64,000 nt of DNA, taken from the NCBI GenBank assembly GCA_964057225.1, contig OZ059899.1, positions 11,284,001 through 11,348,000 on the forward strand, read 5' to 3'. Positions 44,401 to 54,761 of the stretch are shown piece after piece. This stretch comes from Auanema rhodensis. Lineage: Eukaryota > Animalia > Nematoda. Position numbers and translations under genes: made by a program. Each line of letters opens with the position of its first letter. Position 1 is the stretch's first letter. The notes beneath the pieces were generated by a model that saw only the letters and a program-made list of their open reading frames with translations, did not search any database and had not been told where the DNA came from.

Positions 44401-47400
44401 TTCTTCAATGTTTTGCCGCATATTACTGATAAAAACGGGGACACTTTTTTTCGTTATAAGCCAAGATAGAGCTATTTGGCTATCTGACGCAATGTTAATT
44501 GCCAGATTCGGCTCGTTCAAATTATTGTATACTGTTTCCGCGATTTTCATTCCCATAAAAATTGCGGATAGTTCTAAGCGCGGGATGGTCAAAGTCCTAT
44601 TTTTGGGGGCTAATTTTACTTTCCCCATTATGATTGGAGCTCTTTCTGTGCTGGTAGTTAAATAGGCGCATGCTGCAATAGCTTTTGTGCTTGCGTCTAC
44701 AAAAACCCACAGTTCTTTCTTGTCTCTTTTGCTAGATAATTCCCGCGGAACTTCAATGTTGAACGGCCCTATCTTTGTGCTGGCTTTGTTCCAATCGGCA
44801 ACGAGATCCTCGGGGACTTGCTCCTTCCAATCGACATTGCTGTTCATTACTTGTCTTAAAATAATTTTATATGGAAGTAGGAGCGGTGCCGCTAGTCCTA
44901 TGGGGTCATATATGCTGTGTAAACTACTCAGCATATCTCGTTTAGTAAAGGACTGTTGCATACGCATTTGTCCTGTTAATACAAACGAATCTTTACTGGC
45001 GTTATATAGTACACCTAGTATTTTGGGATTTTTATCTGGGTGGTGATCTATCGCCGGAATTTCGTTGTTAAAATGGGATGAGTTACTAAAGTATTCTCTA
45101 ACATTCATCGAAATTTGAGAGAATATTTTCTTTGAATCTTTATATAAATCGGTTAGTTCTTTTTGATCATTGGTTGTATAAAAAATATTATCTACATAAA
45201 GATATCTTAGGGTTTTTTCTACAAATGGTGAGGTGTGGCTATTCAAATACGCGTGTAACGACATGTTTAGTACAGCGGGGCTTGCCGTAATGCCAAAAGC
45301 TAACCTATTAAATCGAAATTCTATTATATTGTTTGGTGTAGGCGGCTTATTGACATCTTTCAACCAAAGAAAGCGACAGAGATCTTTACAATCATTAGCT
45401 ATGCGTATTTGTGTGAAAGCACCTTCAATATCACACATCAGAAAATACGATTTGGTACGAATACCTATCAAGATATCGAGAATTTTGTTGGTGAAGCTCT
45501 CACCTGTTGAGGTTATGTCATTTAGAGAGAGTTGTCCTTTTTGTTTAGCAGATGCGTTAAAGACTATGCGAAGAGGCTTGGTTTTTTGGGGTTTCCACAC
45601 ACCGCGATGTGGCATATAATAAGTTCTGGTCGCCTCAACATCTGCCGGGACTAACTCTATTACGTTTTCTTTTAAATATTGTGAGAACGTTTCTTGATAG
45701 TATTTTTGTTGATTGGGGTCTTTTTGTAAGGATATTTGAAGACGATTAAGTGTTGCCAAAGCAAGATTACGGTTAGATTGAATATTTATGGCGTTTTTCT
45801 TTAGTGGGAGAGGGGCGGTTATGTAGCCGTTATCAAACGTAAGTAAAGTAGAATATTCGTTATAGAATAGTTCTGATTTGTTCAAAGCTCCTTCATGTGG
45901 AGCAATGCCCAAACTATCTATTTCGAATAATTGTTTAATCATAACTTCCTCCGGTATTTGAGGGTTTATGATTAAGGAATGGACGGCTATGGATTCATGG
46001 GTATTATTTGTTTTTCCATAAATACAGGGACCAAAGTGGGTGTGTTTAATTTTTAGACCCGATGGTAATGAAATGGATGGCTCTTCAGTTATTACTGAAT
46101 CATACCAATCCATACCTAACAAAATGTCGGGTGAGAATGTTTCCCCATTAATGAATTGATTGGTGACGGAAATTTTGGTTTTTTCAAGAAATTCTCTATC
46201 CCGGATTTGTAGAGAACAGCATTTTAGGTTTCCGGTGAGTGGTTTTGGGGATGTCAGCAAAATTAGTTTAATTATTTTTCCATATGGGGTTTGCAAAATA
46301 GCTTCGACTGTTTTTGTTTCAAAAGTTTCTTTATTGCCCGAAAATCCGGTTGCTGTAATGTTTTGTGTTGCTAAGGTATTCAAGTTGCATGTCTCAGCTG
46401 TCTTTTGATGGATGAAGCTTTGAGTTGCTCCGGGGTCAAGAAATATGGTTTTAGTATGATAAGTGTTTGTTAAAGGATTTAAGAGAGAGATTTGAGAAGT
46501 CATGAGGTAAGCGGGAGAAGGATGGAAAGATTTAGATATAGTGGTGCAATTCATGGACGGTTTAGTAACTTTGATGGTTGGCTTAGGTAGGCATAAAGTA
46601 TAATTATGCTCTTTTTTGCAGTTTCGGCAACTTTCGAATTTGCACTTACTGCTTGAGTGTGTTGGACTAAAGCAAATCCAACACCTATTTTTTCTCTTTA
46701 TAATCTCTCTTCGTTCTTGGGGGGTGGTTATCGTGGGGCATTTTGTAGGGCGATGACCCTGCTTATCGCAAAAAACGCAGGGTCGTTCTGATTTTTCTGA
46801 GGATTTGATGGGTTTTGAGAAAAAAGGCTGAGTTTGGTCTCGATACTGAGGTTCGGATCGTTCTCGTCTTAAATAAGCCGAGGTTTCCTTTGAGTATGCT
46901 ATACCCTCTATGTCCTTCAGAATTTGACTTATAGTATTTTCGCCGGGCGATCGCCAACAGCGCATATCTATAATTTCTTCAGGAAATTTCTCAGATATCT
47001 CTGTGACCCAAGCTGGGTCTTCAGTATTGTATATATATTGAGATCTTGCTCTGTCGAGTTGGTCGAGCAAAGCTCGAATCTCATTAACTCGGGATCTCAA
47101 AGAGGTGGGGTCGGATTTTGCGACAGGTAATCTCCTGATATTACGGTATATGCGAAAGTCAACCGCTAATATCGGTTGATATGTGTTTTGTAAGGTTTCG
47201 ATTATTTGGTGATAAAATTCGCCGTTTAAAGGCTTATTCTCGAGATGAACCCTGGCAGGTCCTTGTAGGGCTTCTGCCAAAAAAATGTTTTTCTGTTGTA
47301 TATTTAGGCTAGGTTCATTGTGAATGAGGGTTTTGAATTGGTTCCAGAAGAGTGGAAATGTTAAGGAGTCTCCGTTAAATGTGGGAATCGAAAGTTGAGG

Positions 47401-47796
47401 TGTTTTAACGGAGAGACCAAAGCTAGTTCGCGTTGGTCTTTTATTCCGATCCGACTCTTGGTCGTCTTCGGAATCGGGGAGGGGTTGTTTTTTAGCTGTT
47501 TTGGTTTCTAGTTCCAAAATCAGGATGTTCGCTCTTGTTACTGTGTCAGCATGAAGCGTGGTTACCTCGTTTATTCTTCTGTTCAATTCAGAAAACGTAG
47601 GTTCGGGAAGAAGAGAAGCAAGAGTAGCGAGAGATGATTCTTCAGACCTAAGTTGTGTGAGAGATGTGTGTAGGCGTAGAAGCGAAATGTTTTCTTGGTT
47701 CTCAGTTTTAGTTTTTATGAGTAGTTTGGCTAGTTGCTCAAATTTGTCTGCGAAATTGTGGAGTTTTTCATTGAAAACTTCTTCAGTACGGTCCAT
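41434..47796 (-). CDS. BEL/Pao Gag-PR-RT-RH-IN-Env polyprotein
   Basis: CVFC..H..C, CWIC..H..C and CRNC..H..C knuckles; FLDPGA protease; YVDN RT; FVDAS RNase H; LDCIGP/SDNG/WERL integrase; Cys-rich env. Confidence 0.96.
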   Translation of the reverse strand: MDRTEEVFNEKLHNFADKFEQLAKLLIKTKTENQENISLLRLHTSLTQLRSEESSLATLASLLPEPTFSELNRRINEVTTLHADTVTRANILILELETKTAKKQPLPDSEDDQESDRNKRPTRTSFGLSVKTPQLSIPTFNGDSLTFPLFWNQFKTLIHNEPSLNIQQKNIFLAEALQGPARVHLENKPLNGEFYHQIIETLQNTYQPILAVDFRIYRNIRRLPVAKSDPTSLRSRVNEIRALLDQLDRARSQYIYNTEDPAWVTEISEKFPEEIIDMRCWRSPGENTISQILKDIEGIAYSKETSAYLRRERSEPQYRDQTQPFFSKPIKSSEKSERPCVFCDKQGHRPTKCPTITTPQERREIIKRKNRCWICFSPTHSSSKCKFESCRNCKKEHNYTLCLPKPTIKVTKPSMNCTTISKSFHPSPAYLMTSQISLLNPLTNTYHTKTIFLDPGATQSFIHQKTAETCNLNTLATQNITATGFSGNKETFETKTVEAILQTPYGKIIKLILLTSPKPLTGNLKCCSLQIRDREFLEKTKISVTNQFINGETFSPDILLGMDWYDSVITEEPSISLPSGLKIKHTHFGPCIYGKTNNTHESIAVHSLIINPQIPEEVMIKQLFEIDSLGIAPHEGALNKSELFYNEYSTLLTFDNGYITAPLPLKKNAINIQSNRNLALATLNRLQISLQKDPNQQKYYQETFSQYLKENVIELVPADVEATRTYYMPHRGVWKPQKTKPLRIVFNASAKQKGQLSLNDITSTGESFTNKILDILIGIRTKSYFLMCDIEGAFTQIRIANDCKDLCRFLWLKDVNKPPTPNNIIEFRFNRLAFGITASPAVLNMSLHAYLNSHTSPFVEKTLRYLYVDNIFYTTNDQKELTDLYKDSKKIFSQISMNVREYFSNSSHFNNEIPAIDHHPDKNPKILGVLYNASKDSFVLTGQMRMQQSFTKRDMLSSLHSIYDPIGLAAPLLLPYKIILRQVMNSNVDWKEQVPEDLVADWNKASTKIGPFNIEVPRELSSKRDKKELWVFVDASTKAIAACAYLTTSTERAPIIMGKVKLAPKNRTLTIPRLELSAIFMGMKIAETVYNNLNEPNLAINIASDSQIALSWLITKKSVPVFISNMRQNIEEIGRRLEAQKASLHFHYVDTDHNPADIGTRGTTDQNLLKERWLFSPPWLSQMDNRPIKELTTPIDEDEPPMLILPVSTDIQPYESIIQPGRFSSYSKLQRTTGLVFKAALVLLQKINKTPTSTMLQRAQKEKQQSQTADLFLIQEAQKKLKQSEIKQFRTTKDNNGLRIIQTRLLNAKLPASTKYPFLLPKKSDLGKLILLSIHKENAHLGTTHMISLFLQKFFMAGTRQVCKSIIKKCVPCQKILSRPFTTDFLAPLPEDRITKAMPFKHTGLDCIGPIKYRKSEQIYIVIFTCLTVRAVHLEPINDMTSNTFLNAFIRFVARRGLPDVIRSDNGSNFVHSAKILNMLETYDSEHRTSFTKFLQKHHITWIFNTPSAPWTGGVWERLVAIVKTSLYKSLQLKLVNKDQLTTAIIKIEGIINSRPITYTNSDNVDDRPLTPADFLNNGSPVLVPGGSVEQLGQALDEPNPIQTNKEAFENLQKVEIIAESFWDRWSKEYLLCLRNAHASTKQTHRSSNHPTLNEVVLVEEDNLNRCNWQMARITALLPSSDNIFRSARIKLGNGKELTKPVEKLYPLELKDNFDKGRESQEITVNYLSHTPTNPNRLRNIFRFLMLIQIFSVAMTQPIIRCSTSQVVFPAQPNHSTICIDSSCHNLSAHQSEIIPLPISVLPKTASVSRFNLESTQNQTCKLPHPCDFPPPFILHIIGNPHCNPILAILIVLTPLIGCALLFISCGLIYRRLRTYRRQNEPTISYIPSLLFTLFFLICQAQACGSPNAHKNIEIFCDDIQNCTKITNEEISFNPLQNSLCSYIKYQNSTIGKLEIQLIQHKFSCQKVSQGFTRITNLTIHSSHRCAGTTHCPWGTGCDDIRQDTFVSELYSAYENPGRTYCTRAGGGLFNSCGLPIEGCILFRPTYQPENKEVYEEIKCIQWKQEVQAKLTIIYLNNTQKYDILLQPYRKYEFHGISLQISSVTAKATTELYNKIFFNI

Positions 47797-48046
47797 TGCT
47801 ACCGTTTTTTGATTTTTTGATGCAAAATGTATGACTTTTGAATTTCTTAGTTGAATTGTTGCAAAATGTGTTGGTAACTTTTTTGATTTTGAGATTGAGA
47901 TAGAGATAGAGATTCAGATGAGATGAGATGAAGCAAAGAAGTTTAAAGAATGTGATGATGAAGAAAAGTAAACAAAGGAACTGAAAAATAAAAAGTGAGA
48001 ATAGAAAATAATACAAATAAGGTTTCTAACAATTGATACCTGATTT

Positions 48047-48059
48047 GGACGATGCACCA
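48047..48059 (-). promoter_or_regulatory. Element C primer-binding site (tRNA-Gly-like)
   Basis: TGGTGCATCG 1 nt after the LTR, complementary to the tRNA-Gly(GCC) end CGATGCA-CCA. Confidence 0.75.
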
Positions 48060-48060
48060 A

Positions 48061-48501
48061 TTTGGACTATGAATCCAAGAGTTATTCCAGGGGAATAGTT
48101 GTAGTATTACCCGTTCGACGTGATACAGGAGTTAATACCGTTTAGGAGTATTAACGGAGGCTGATACTCGAAGAGAGTATTATCAGGGTTGAACTTCGCA
48201 GATTTGAGTTTAAAAGGTTTATTAAATAAAGATGGTACAGTGGTAGAAAAGTTAGATTCGAAAGTGAAGGTTTCTTGGGTTTATATATGATTTAGCTTAA
48301 GGGTGATATTTGATATTTGAATAGAAAGGTCACGTTAATGTAAACTATAGAGGTGATAAAAGTTCAACATTCTTTGAGAATGTTGCGCAATAGGTTAATG
48401 ATACAATTATTCGGTTAATAGATAATGGTTTAGTATTTCAGAAGAGTTATGTTTATATTGTAAATCATTATATTTTGTTAATAGTCAGGCATTTGCCGAC
48501 A
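48061..48501 (-). repeat. Element C 5' LTR
   Basis: TGTCGG...GTCCAAA. Confidence 0.96.
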
Positions 48502-49102
48502 ATGGCGGCTACGAAAGTACGAATTAACAAAGCGCTGATTATAGGAAACGTGAATGAATGCAGATATTCTCAATTCCGATTCATTAACTAGATCGTGGTC
48601 AGCATTTTACAACATTGATAAAATAGAAACTGAGAAAAAAACATCAACAAATGACACTATTAACTTGGTTTTTTGAACAGCTTTTTTATATTTCTTTTTT
48701 CACTATGAGAGAACTTATATTTATTGCTTTTTCAAAATTTTCCATTTTTAACATTATACATCTTGACTATCACACATTGAGAACAACAGTTGGCAATGTT
48801 GGTTGTCACGTCATATTTCATGCAGTTAGATTTTCAGACACATTAATACCTTTGACCATTCTTCTTATGAGTTTTGTAACGATAGATCGTAATAGGAAAT
48901 GAATTGCTATAATATAAAAAAATACAAGACATAGTCAACATTGATTTCCCCAAATAGTATCATGTTTGCTTGTTATTCAATTAGAACACTTATTTTTTGA
49001 TTGTTTTCTTGAAGTATTCTTTTTTTTTCTTTAACAAAGTTATGACTGAGATCAAAATTTGAACTTACTTTTGAACAATTAAACAGAAATTTAAAAAATA
49101 TT

Positions 49103-49176
49103 TGCCGCCAGCAGGGGTCGAACCTGCGACCTTGGGCTTATTAGACCCACGCTCTAACCGACTGAGCTATGGCGGC
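49103..49176 (-). tRNA. tRNA-Ile(AAT)
   Basis: Array copy. Confidence 0.95.
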
Positions 49177-49768
49177 TACGAAAGTACGAAATAACAAAGC
49201 GCTGATTATAGGAAACGTGAATGAATGCAGATATTCTCAATTCCGATTCATTAACTAGATCGTGGTCAGCAGTTTACAACATTGATAAAATAGAAACTGA
49301 GAAAAAAACATCAACAAATGACACTATTAACTTGGTTTTTTGAACAGCTTTTTTATATTTCTTTTTTCACTATGAGAGAACTTATATTTATTGCTTTTTC
49401 AAAATTTTCCATTTTTAACATTATACATCTTGACTATCACACATTGAGAACAACAGTTGGCAATGTTGGTTGTCACGTCATATTTCATGCAGTTAGATTT
49501 TCAGACACATTAATACCTTTAACCATTCTTTTTATGAGTTTTGTAACGATAGATCGTAATAGGAAATGAATTGCTATAATATGAAAAAATACAAGACATA
49601 GTCAACATTGATTTCCCCAAATAGTATCATGTTTGCTTGTTATTCAATTAGAACTCTTTTTTTTTTATTGTTTTCTTGAAATATTCTTTTTTTTCTTTAA
49701 CAAAGTTATGACTGAGATCAAAATTTGAACTTACTTTTGAACAATTAAACAGAAATTTAAAAAATATT

Positions 49769-49842
49769 TGCCGCCAGCAGGGGTCGAACCTGCGACCTTG
49801 GGCTTATTAGACCCACGCTCTAACCGACTGAGCTATGGCGGC
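49769..49842 (-). tRNA. tRNA-Ile(AAT)
   Basis: Array copy. Confidence 0.95.
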
Positions 49843-50435
49843 TACGAAAGTACGAATTAACAAAGCGCTGATTATAGGAAACGTGAATGAATGCAGATAT
49901 TCTCAATTCCGATTCATTAACTAGATCGTGGTCAGCATTTTACAACATTGATAAAATAGAAACTGAGAAAAAAACATCAACAAATGACACTATTAACTTG
50001 GTTTTTTGAACAGCTTTTTTATATTTCTTTTTTCACTATGAGAGAACTTATATTTATTGCTTTTTCAAAATTTTCCATTTTTAACATTATACATCTTGAC
50101 TATCACACATTGAGAACAACAGTTGGCAATGTTGGTTGTCACGTCATATTTCATGCAGTTAGATTTTCAGACACATTAATACCTTTGACCATTCTTCTTA
50201 TGAGTTTTGTAACGATAGATCGTAATAGGAAATGAATTGCTATAATATGAAAAAATACAAGACATAGTCAACATTGATTTCCCCAAATAGTATCATGTTT
50301 GCTTGTTATTCAATTAGAACACTTATTTTTTGATTGTTTTCTTGAAGTATTCTTTTTTTTTCTTTAACAAAGTTATGACTGAGATCAAAATTTGAACTTA
50401 CTTTTGAACAATTAAACAGAAATTTAAAAAATATT

Positions 50436-50509
50436 TGCCGCCAGCAGGGGTCGAACCTGCGACCTTGGGCTTATTAGACCCACGCTCTAACCGACTGAGC
50501 TATGGCGGC
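50436..50509 (-). tRNA. tRNA-Ile(AAT)
   Basis: Array copy. Confidence 0.95.
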
Positions 50510-51102
50510 TACGAAAGTACGAAATAACAAAGCGCTGATTATAGGAAACGTGAATGAATGCAGATATTCTCAATTCCGATTCATTAACTAGATCGTGGTC
50601 AGCATTTTACAACATTGATAAAATAGAAACTGAGAAAAAAACATCAACAAATGACACTATTAACTTGGTTTTTTGAACAGCTTTTTTATATTTCTTTTTT
50701 CACTATGAGAGAACTTATATTTATTGCTTTTTCAAAATTTTCCATTTTTAACATTATACATCTTGACTATCACACATTGAGAACAACAGTTGGCAATGTT
50801 GGTTGTCACGTCATATTTCATGCAGTTAGATTTTCAGACACATTAATACCTTTGACCATTCTTCTTATGAGTTTTGTAACGATAGATCGTAATAGGAAAT
50901 GAATTGCTATAATATGAAAAAATACAAGACATAGTCAACATTGATTTCCCCAAATAGTATCATGTTTGCTTGTTATTCAATTAGAACACTTATTTTTTGA
51001 TTGTTTTCTTGAAGTATTCTTTTTTTTTCTTTAACAAAGTTATGACTGAGATCAAAATTTGAACTTACTTTTGAACAATTAAACAGAAATTTAAAAAATA
51101 TT

Positions 51103-51176
51103 TGCCGCCAGCAGGGGTCGAACCTGCGACCTTGGGCTTATTAGACCCACGCTCTAACCGACTGAGCTATGGCGGC
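51103..51176 (-). tRNA. tRNA-Ile(AAT)
   Basis: Array copy. Confidence 0.95.
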
Positions 51177-51769
51177 TACGAAAGTACGAAATAACAAAGC
51201 GCTGATTATAGGAAACGTGAATGAATGCAGATATTCTCAATTCCGATTCATTAACTAGATCGTGGTCAGCATTTTACAACATTGATAAAATAGAAACTGA
51301 GAAAAAAACATCAACAAATGACACTATTAACTTGGTTTTTTGAACAGCTTTTTTATATTTATTTTTTCACTATGAGAGAACTTATATTTATTTCTTTTTC
51401 AAAATTTTCCATTTTTAACATTATACATCTTGACTATCACACATTGAGAACAACAGTTGGCAATGTTGGTTTTCACGTCATATTTCATGCAGTTAGATTT
51501 TCAGACACATTAATACCTTTGACCATTCTTCTTATGAGTTTTGTAACGATAGATCGTAATAGGAAATGAATTGCTATAATATGAAGAAATACAAGACATA
51601 GTCAACATTGATTTCCCTAAATAGTATCATGTTTGCTTGTTATTCAATTAGAACACTTATTTTTTGATTGTTTTCTTAAAATATTCTTTTTTTTTCTTTA
51701 ACTAAGTTATGACTGAGATCAAAATTTGAACTTACTTTTGAACAATTAAACAGAAATTTAAAAAATATT

Positions 51770-51843
51770 TGCCGCCAGCAGGGGTCGAACCTGCGACCTT
51801 GGGCTTATTAGACCCACGCTCTAACCGACTGAGCTATGGCGGC
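51770..51843 (-). tRNA. tRNA-Ile(AAT); upstream flank replaced by element D from -4
   Basis: Array copy. Confidence 0.93.
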
Positions 51844-52329
51844 TACCGTTCCGTTGTTCAAGTTTCGATCTTTTGGTGAACGATTTAAGAGATCAGAAAC
51901 TATATTTTTAAAAGTTTGTAAACCGCCTGCACTAGTAGTGGCTACTGAAGGTGAAACTGTTGGTTCAGGGATGGACAGAGAGAGAGATGCGTCCGATTTG
52001 CTTGAGTTTTTATTTTTATTTTTCTTATTTTTATTTGAATTAGAGGAGCGTACCTTTTTAGCAGTAACTGGTGTTTGTTCTTCCACTATGATGGATGTTT
52101 CTTCTCCTCCTGGTGGTACGTAATCCTCGTCGCTTAATCGTTCAGTAGGTGAATAAGTGCCTGCACGAGGAGTAAAGAATTTGTCGGTTTTGTGCTCGGC
52201 TTTCTGCTCGTCTTCGATTATAGCGATGCTCTGCGCGCGAGCTCGGCTTCTGGTGAGTGGAGCTGAGTCTCGCAGATCAAAATCAGTTCGTGTACTGAGA
52301 GGTACAGCTGATCGGAATCGCTTATCCAC
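51808..52329 (-). pseudogene. gag: Truncated gag N-terminus reading through the LTR stub into tRNA-Ile
   Basis: Nearly identical to the start of 62647..63438, then NNGTVAAIAQSVRAWV from LTR and tRNA sequence. Confidence 0.85.
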
Positions 52330-52919
52330 TTTGGTAGCGCTCTTGGTTTGGAAAAACCTTGAGTGTTTAGTAACGTGGGGGATTTTGAGACGTTAATGAG
52401 TGTTATGGATAAGGAATTTTGGAAAAGGGGTGAGAAAGCTGTGAGTAACTGGTTTGTATAGTCGGCGTTAAGGAATGAATCTAAGTTGTGGCCATCAACA
52501 GAGATCCGCCTACTACCGTATGAAAATTTGGACTTTGTTCGCTTTCCAATTTAATATTCTTAAATGTATATAATTCAACCAGTTTGTATATGTTCAAAAA
52601 TGTTCAGTGCTCACTTGATTGATGCCTGAGCAATCTCCTTAGTCCTTATTCCCATTTTTTTTTCTTTTTCTGACGATTCTGATCTTCTTGGACTCACGAG
52701 TGATCGAAAATGCCACGAAAATGGACTTTGGTAAATGTTCAAAGGATTTTAGCGGTTTTCATAATGTACATTCGTAATAGCATTACTCTTTTAAGGAAGC
52801 AATTTGGAAAACGAATGAATACCGTAGTCCCGTCATGATCAGAAATCTAGTTTTAAAATTATGGCTAGGAATAGATGAAGATTACAATAACTATATTTAA
52901 AGAATTATGGTGTTTAGGA

Positions 52920-53622
52920 ATGAGTCTTATGCTTCAAAACAACAATAACGGTATGAGGAAGGTGACATATAGTAAGGGGAGAAAATCCAAACTGATATGC
53001 TTAAGCCAACACGACCTGATCACTAATAATAATTCAGTTCGTAAAATTGTACAGGATTTTTCGGACTATAGCGATCTTAAAATTCACTTCTCATAATATT
53101 CCTCCCATTTAGGTAAGGTTTCCCGTGTAAATTCAATGCGTTATCAAAATATTTTTGGATGTTAATGGCAAAAAGTTGTCTGAACAGAAATGTAACGCAA
53201 AATAAAATAGTCCTGATCGCAAAATATGAAATAATCTCAATTTGGTGCGCAAAATTGTTTCATCCACAAAAATAAAGAAATAACCGTGGCTATTCTTTCC
53301 TCGAAGCCAAAATCAATCCTTAAAAGGAGAAAATGTGGGCATAAATCTCAATAAAAATTATCCTTGGGTGAATTTGTTCACTAATTCATCCTAGGGTCCT
53401 CAAAAAAATGCTTCGAGTTCGGGTAACAGAGTATTCGATGTTAACAGCAAGGATATAAAAATTGTTGGGTTCAGACAGACAGAAAATTGTGAACAAACGG
53501 GAAATATAACTTCAGTTTCAAAAAATATAAAATATCCATCTCCAAAAGGAGTGGTCCTTGCATCTGTACCCTTTTAAACGTTGTTGGCCCCACCGTATTG
53601 TGTTAAGACATGGAGTAGATGG
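52920..53622 (-). ncRNA. Element D homologue of the structured leader RNA
   Basis: Same complementary blocks, in the same order, as 29367-30030. Confidence 0.7.
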
Positions 53623-53714
53623 TTTAGAGATATAAGAGAATTCAGATTCAATGAAATATTGAAAATAACGAAATATAAGAGAAAATAGTCAAGAAATCAA
53701 GATAAAATGTTCGA

Positions 53715-53727
53715 GGTGGAACCTCCA
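53715..53727 (-). promoter_or_regulatory. Element D primer-binding site (tRNA-Gln)
   Basis: TGGAGGTTCCACC after the LTR. Confidence 0.88.
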
Positions 53728-54064
53728 CGTTCCGTTATGCTCTCACGTCGATCCTATAGACCAATAAAGCCTACAAGATGAGTGTGATAGTATTCCAGAT
53801 GTAGCGGTAGATAAAGAGCATAATGGATAAACATAAGACTCGAGAAAGAAAGGTTTATTATGTCTACATGATTACAACAAGTTATATAAGTCTACATAAA
53901 GATATAAAGTGAAAGAGAGCTAAGAAAGGAAGACCAACCATCCATAGTCATTCCATAAGGCAAAGCTGAAGTCTGTGTTCCATATGAAGGGCGTGTTGTC
54001 CTCTCTCAGCCTCATGTCGTCTGATTCTAACCCGCCTGCTACGTATTGATTTCCGAATGGAACG
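53728..54064 (-). repeat. Element D central LTR (337 bp)
   Basis: CGTTCCATTCGG...ACGGAACG; homologous to the B LTRs. Confidence 0.92.
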
Positions 54065-54761
54065 TGCCATTTTTTCGAGTTTATGTCGCGTCCTCGCGAA
54101 TAGCAAAATATGTGGCTTGTTCCAATCGTAGCAGAAGGTTTAGTTTTAAAAAATAAAAATTACAATGTTAACATAAAAATAGTAAAGATAAATTACAATA
54201 TAATGTTAAACAATATTATCTGAAAAGAATTTAATAAAAATTATTTGAAAATACATGAATATTAAGTAATAAAACAATCTTTTAGAATACCAGGGCTATA
54301 TTTTGTCAGCGAGAGTGCGCAAAATAGCTTTTTAGGCACGACGCTGCATGTCTAACTTGTTTGAGTATAGAGAAACGAGAGTCATGCTATATTATCGATG
54401 GAGCTAGCATGTTTCTTCAGCGTATTCAAAGCGAATTGTAATAATAAAAAAAAATTAAACTAAATCCCATATAATTTCCGGAATTGAATCATTAACTACT
54501 TGATAAGGACTGTTGCTCAGATGAATATGCAATATAATGTCTCTTATCTTTCATTTCTTCTTTATTTACGGGAAATTATTTGAAATTGATGAAGTTTTAT
54601 AATCATATATGCTTTGAAACTGAAATGCTTTTTGATTATTAGCTTACATCTCGTCTTACTCAAGTTTTTCAATGATATAATAATATGAATAGCTCTGGTT
54701 TTTTAAAAGAAAGTTGATACAAAGTTTTACAATAATTTTATCAATCTCGAAATTATTTCTT

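Larger units (their letters stand above)
40154..48501 (-). mobile_element. Element C: BEL/Pao LTR retrotransposon with phlebovirus-like env
   Basis: 441-bp LTRs with no differences found, 5-bp TSD ATGGC, three Cys/His knuckles, YVDN RT, env downstream of IN. Confidence 0.96.
48502..51846. repeat. tRNA-Ile array, continued (5 tRNA copies)
   Basis: Same unit, with more private substitutions. Confidence 0.97.

Noticed and set aside
31893-47812. Short antisense and overlapping ORFs within the B and C polyproteins (likewise in D)
   Set aside because: They are shadows of long coding frames with no independent motifs.
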